Of a DNA stretch of 64,000 bases, positions 63,094 to 64,000 are shown piece by piece (positions within the stretch are counted from its first letter, which is position 1; every line of letters starts with the position of its first letter). The notes below the pieces were generated by a model. It was not told the origin of the DNA. It searched no databases and worked only from the letters and a program-made list of their open reading frames with translations. Position numbers and translations under genes: made by a program. This stretch comes from Callorhinchus milii. Lineage: Eukaryota. The DNA lies in the NCBI RefSeq assembly GCF_018977255.1, contig NW_024704742.1:56980001-57044000 (forward strand), given 5' to 3'.

Positions 63094-64000
63094 GTTTAGA
63101 GATTCAGCTTAAACCACTTGTGGCACAACACCAGCTCCATTAGAGTCAATTTGAATTTCAAGAGCAACATACAGCCAGTTCGTGAGAGACAAGTTGCTGC
63201 ATCGCTACATTCCTGAAGAGATTTGCAGAAGCACTCTTCACTGTCTGCTCTGCTTTAGTTCTCGTTGCATTTGCATGCATTCTGTGTCTAGCTGCTTAGT
63301 GCTGTTGGCATTTGATGCCCTTTTAGTTTAATTGATGATACAAGCAACTATCACCATCAGCTCCCTGGTTTCATTATGATCCCTGGGTAGCCAGCAAAAC
63401 CTGAATGGAACTGTTATCGTTCCTCAACCAAGAGAGGGGGCATTGGAAATCAGCTCACTAATAAAATCATGTCACACACATATTTTCTTTCCAGCACCAA
63501 CCTTCAAATATTGCTTGATGGTGAAGATTAAATTCTGCTTAACATTCACATAGATTATTATTACAGTATACATCTTAAAAAACTTATGAAATTGCATTTT
63601 CAAGCAACTTAATCATGAATAATTACTGTCAAACATAATAACTTGTTTTGTTGGAGGCGAATGCGGCAGCCATTTGCACACAGCAGGGTCTCACACAGTC
63701 ATGAGGAGAATGACCAATTAATCTGGAGGATTGTTGGCAAGGACACCAGAAGAAACTCGCTTCTCTTTTCAAATATTGCGACGGGATCTTTAATGCCTAC
63801 CTGAACAGGCAGACGGGACATTTCATTTTAACATTTCATCCGAAGGACAGCACCTCGGACAATCCAGCACACCCTCAGCACTGTACTGGAGTGTTAACCT
63901 AGACAATGAACTCAAAGCCCCGCCATGGGGTAAGAGCAGAAAGAAACAATTATACATTTACCTTATACGCTGCACAATTATTTAGAGATGGATACAGTTC

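Noticed and set aside
63955..64000. AAG|GTAAAT donor-like site at the window edge
   Set aside because: The translation shows no recognisable SNX25 similarity and there is too little sequence to judge
1..64000. CRISPR arrays, operons or prokaryotic defence systems
   Set aside because: The sequence is intron-rich vertebrate DNA with no regularly spaced repeat-spacer array; the RT motifs belong to LINEs

Overview
This is eukaryotic vertebrate DNA. The repeat content (Deu-domain tRNA-SINEs, L2 and CR1 LINEs) suggests a cartilaginous fish, possibly a chimaera; that assignment is inference. Most or all of the window lies inside one minus-strand gene, sorting nexin 25 (SNX25). Nine internal coding exons (1544 nt, all GT-AG and phase-compatible) encode the PXA domain, the RGS domain and the coiled-coil linker. 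I could not find the 5' exons or the PX/PXC exons in the window. The introns are dense with retroposons and small DNA transposons. The most interesting non-genic observations are: (1) a 1.77-kb TIR/TSD-bounded hAT element carrying a spliced, degenerate CGGBP1-like gene (zf-BED plus downstream domain) with GCGG-rich ends; (2) a ~950-bp ancient diverged palindrome in an intron; (3) three young L2 copies sharing the same inactivating frameshifts, which points to a non-autonomous master; (4) a 149-bp templated copy of an SNX25 splice acceptor flanked by a 38-bp duplication; (5) a strong in-frame alternative donor. All alignments were done by eye and no database searches were run.
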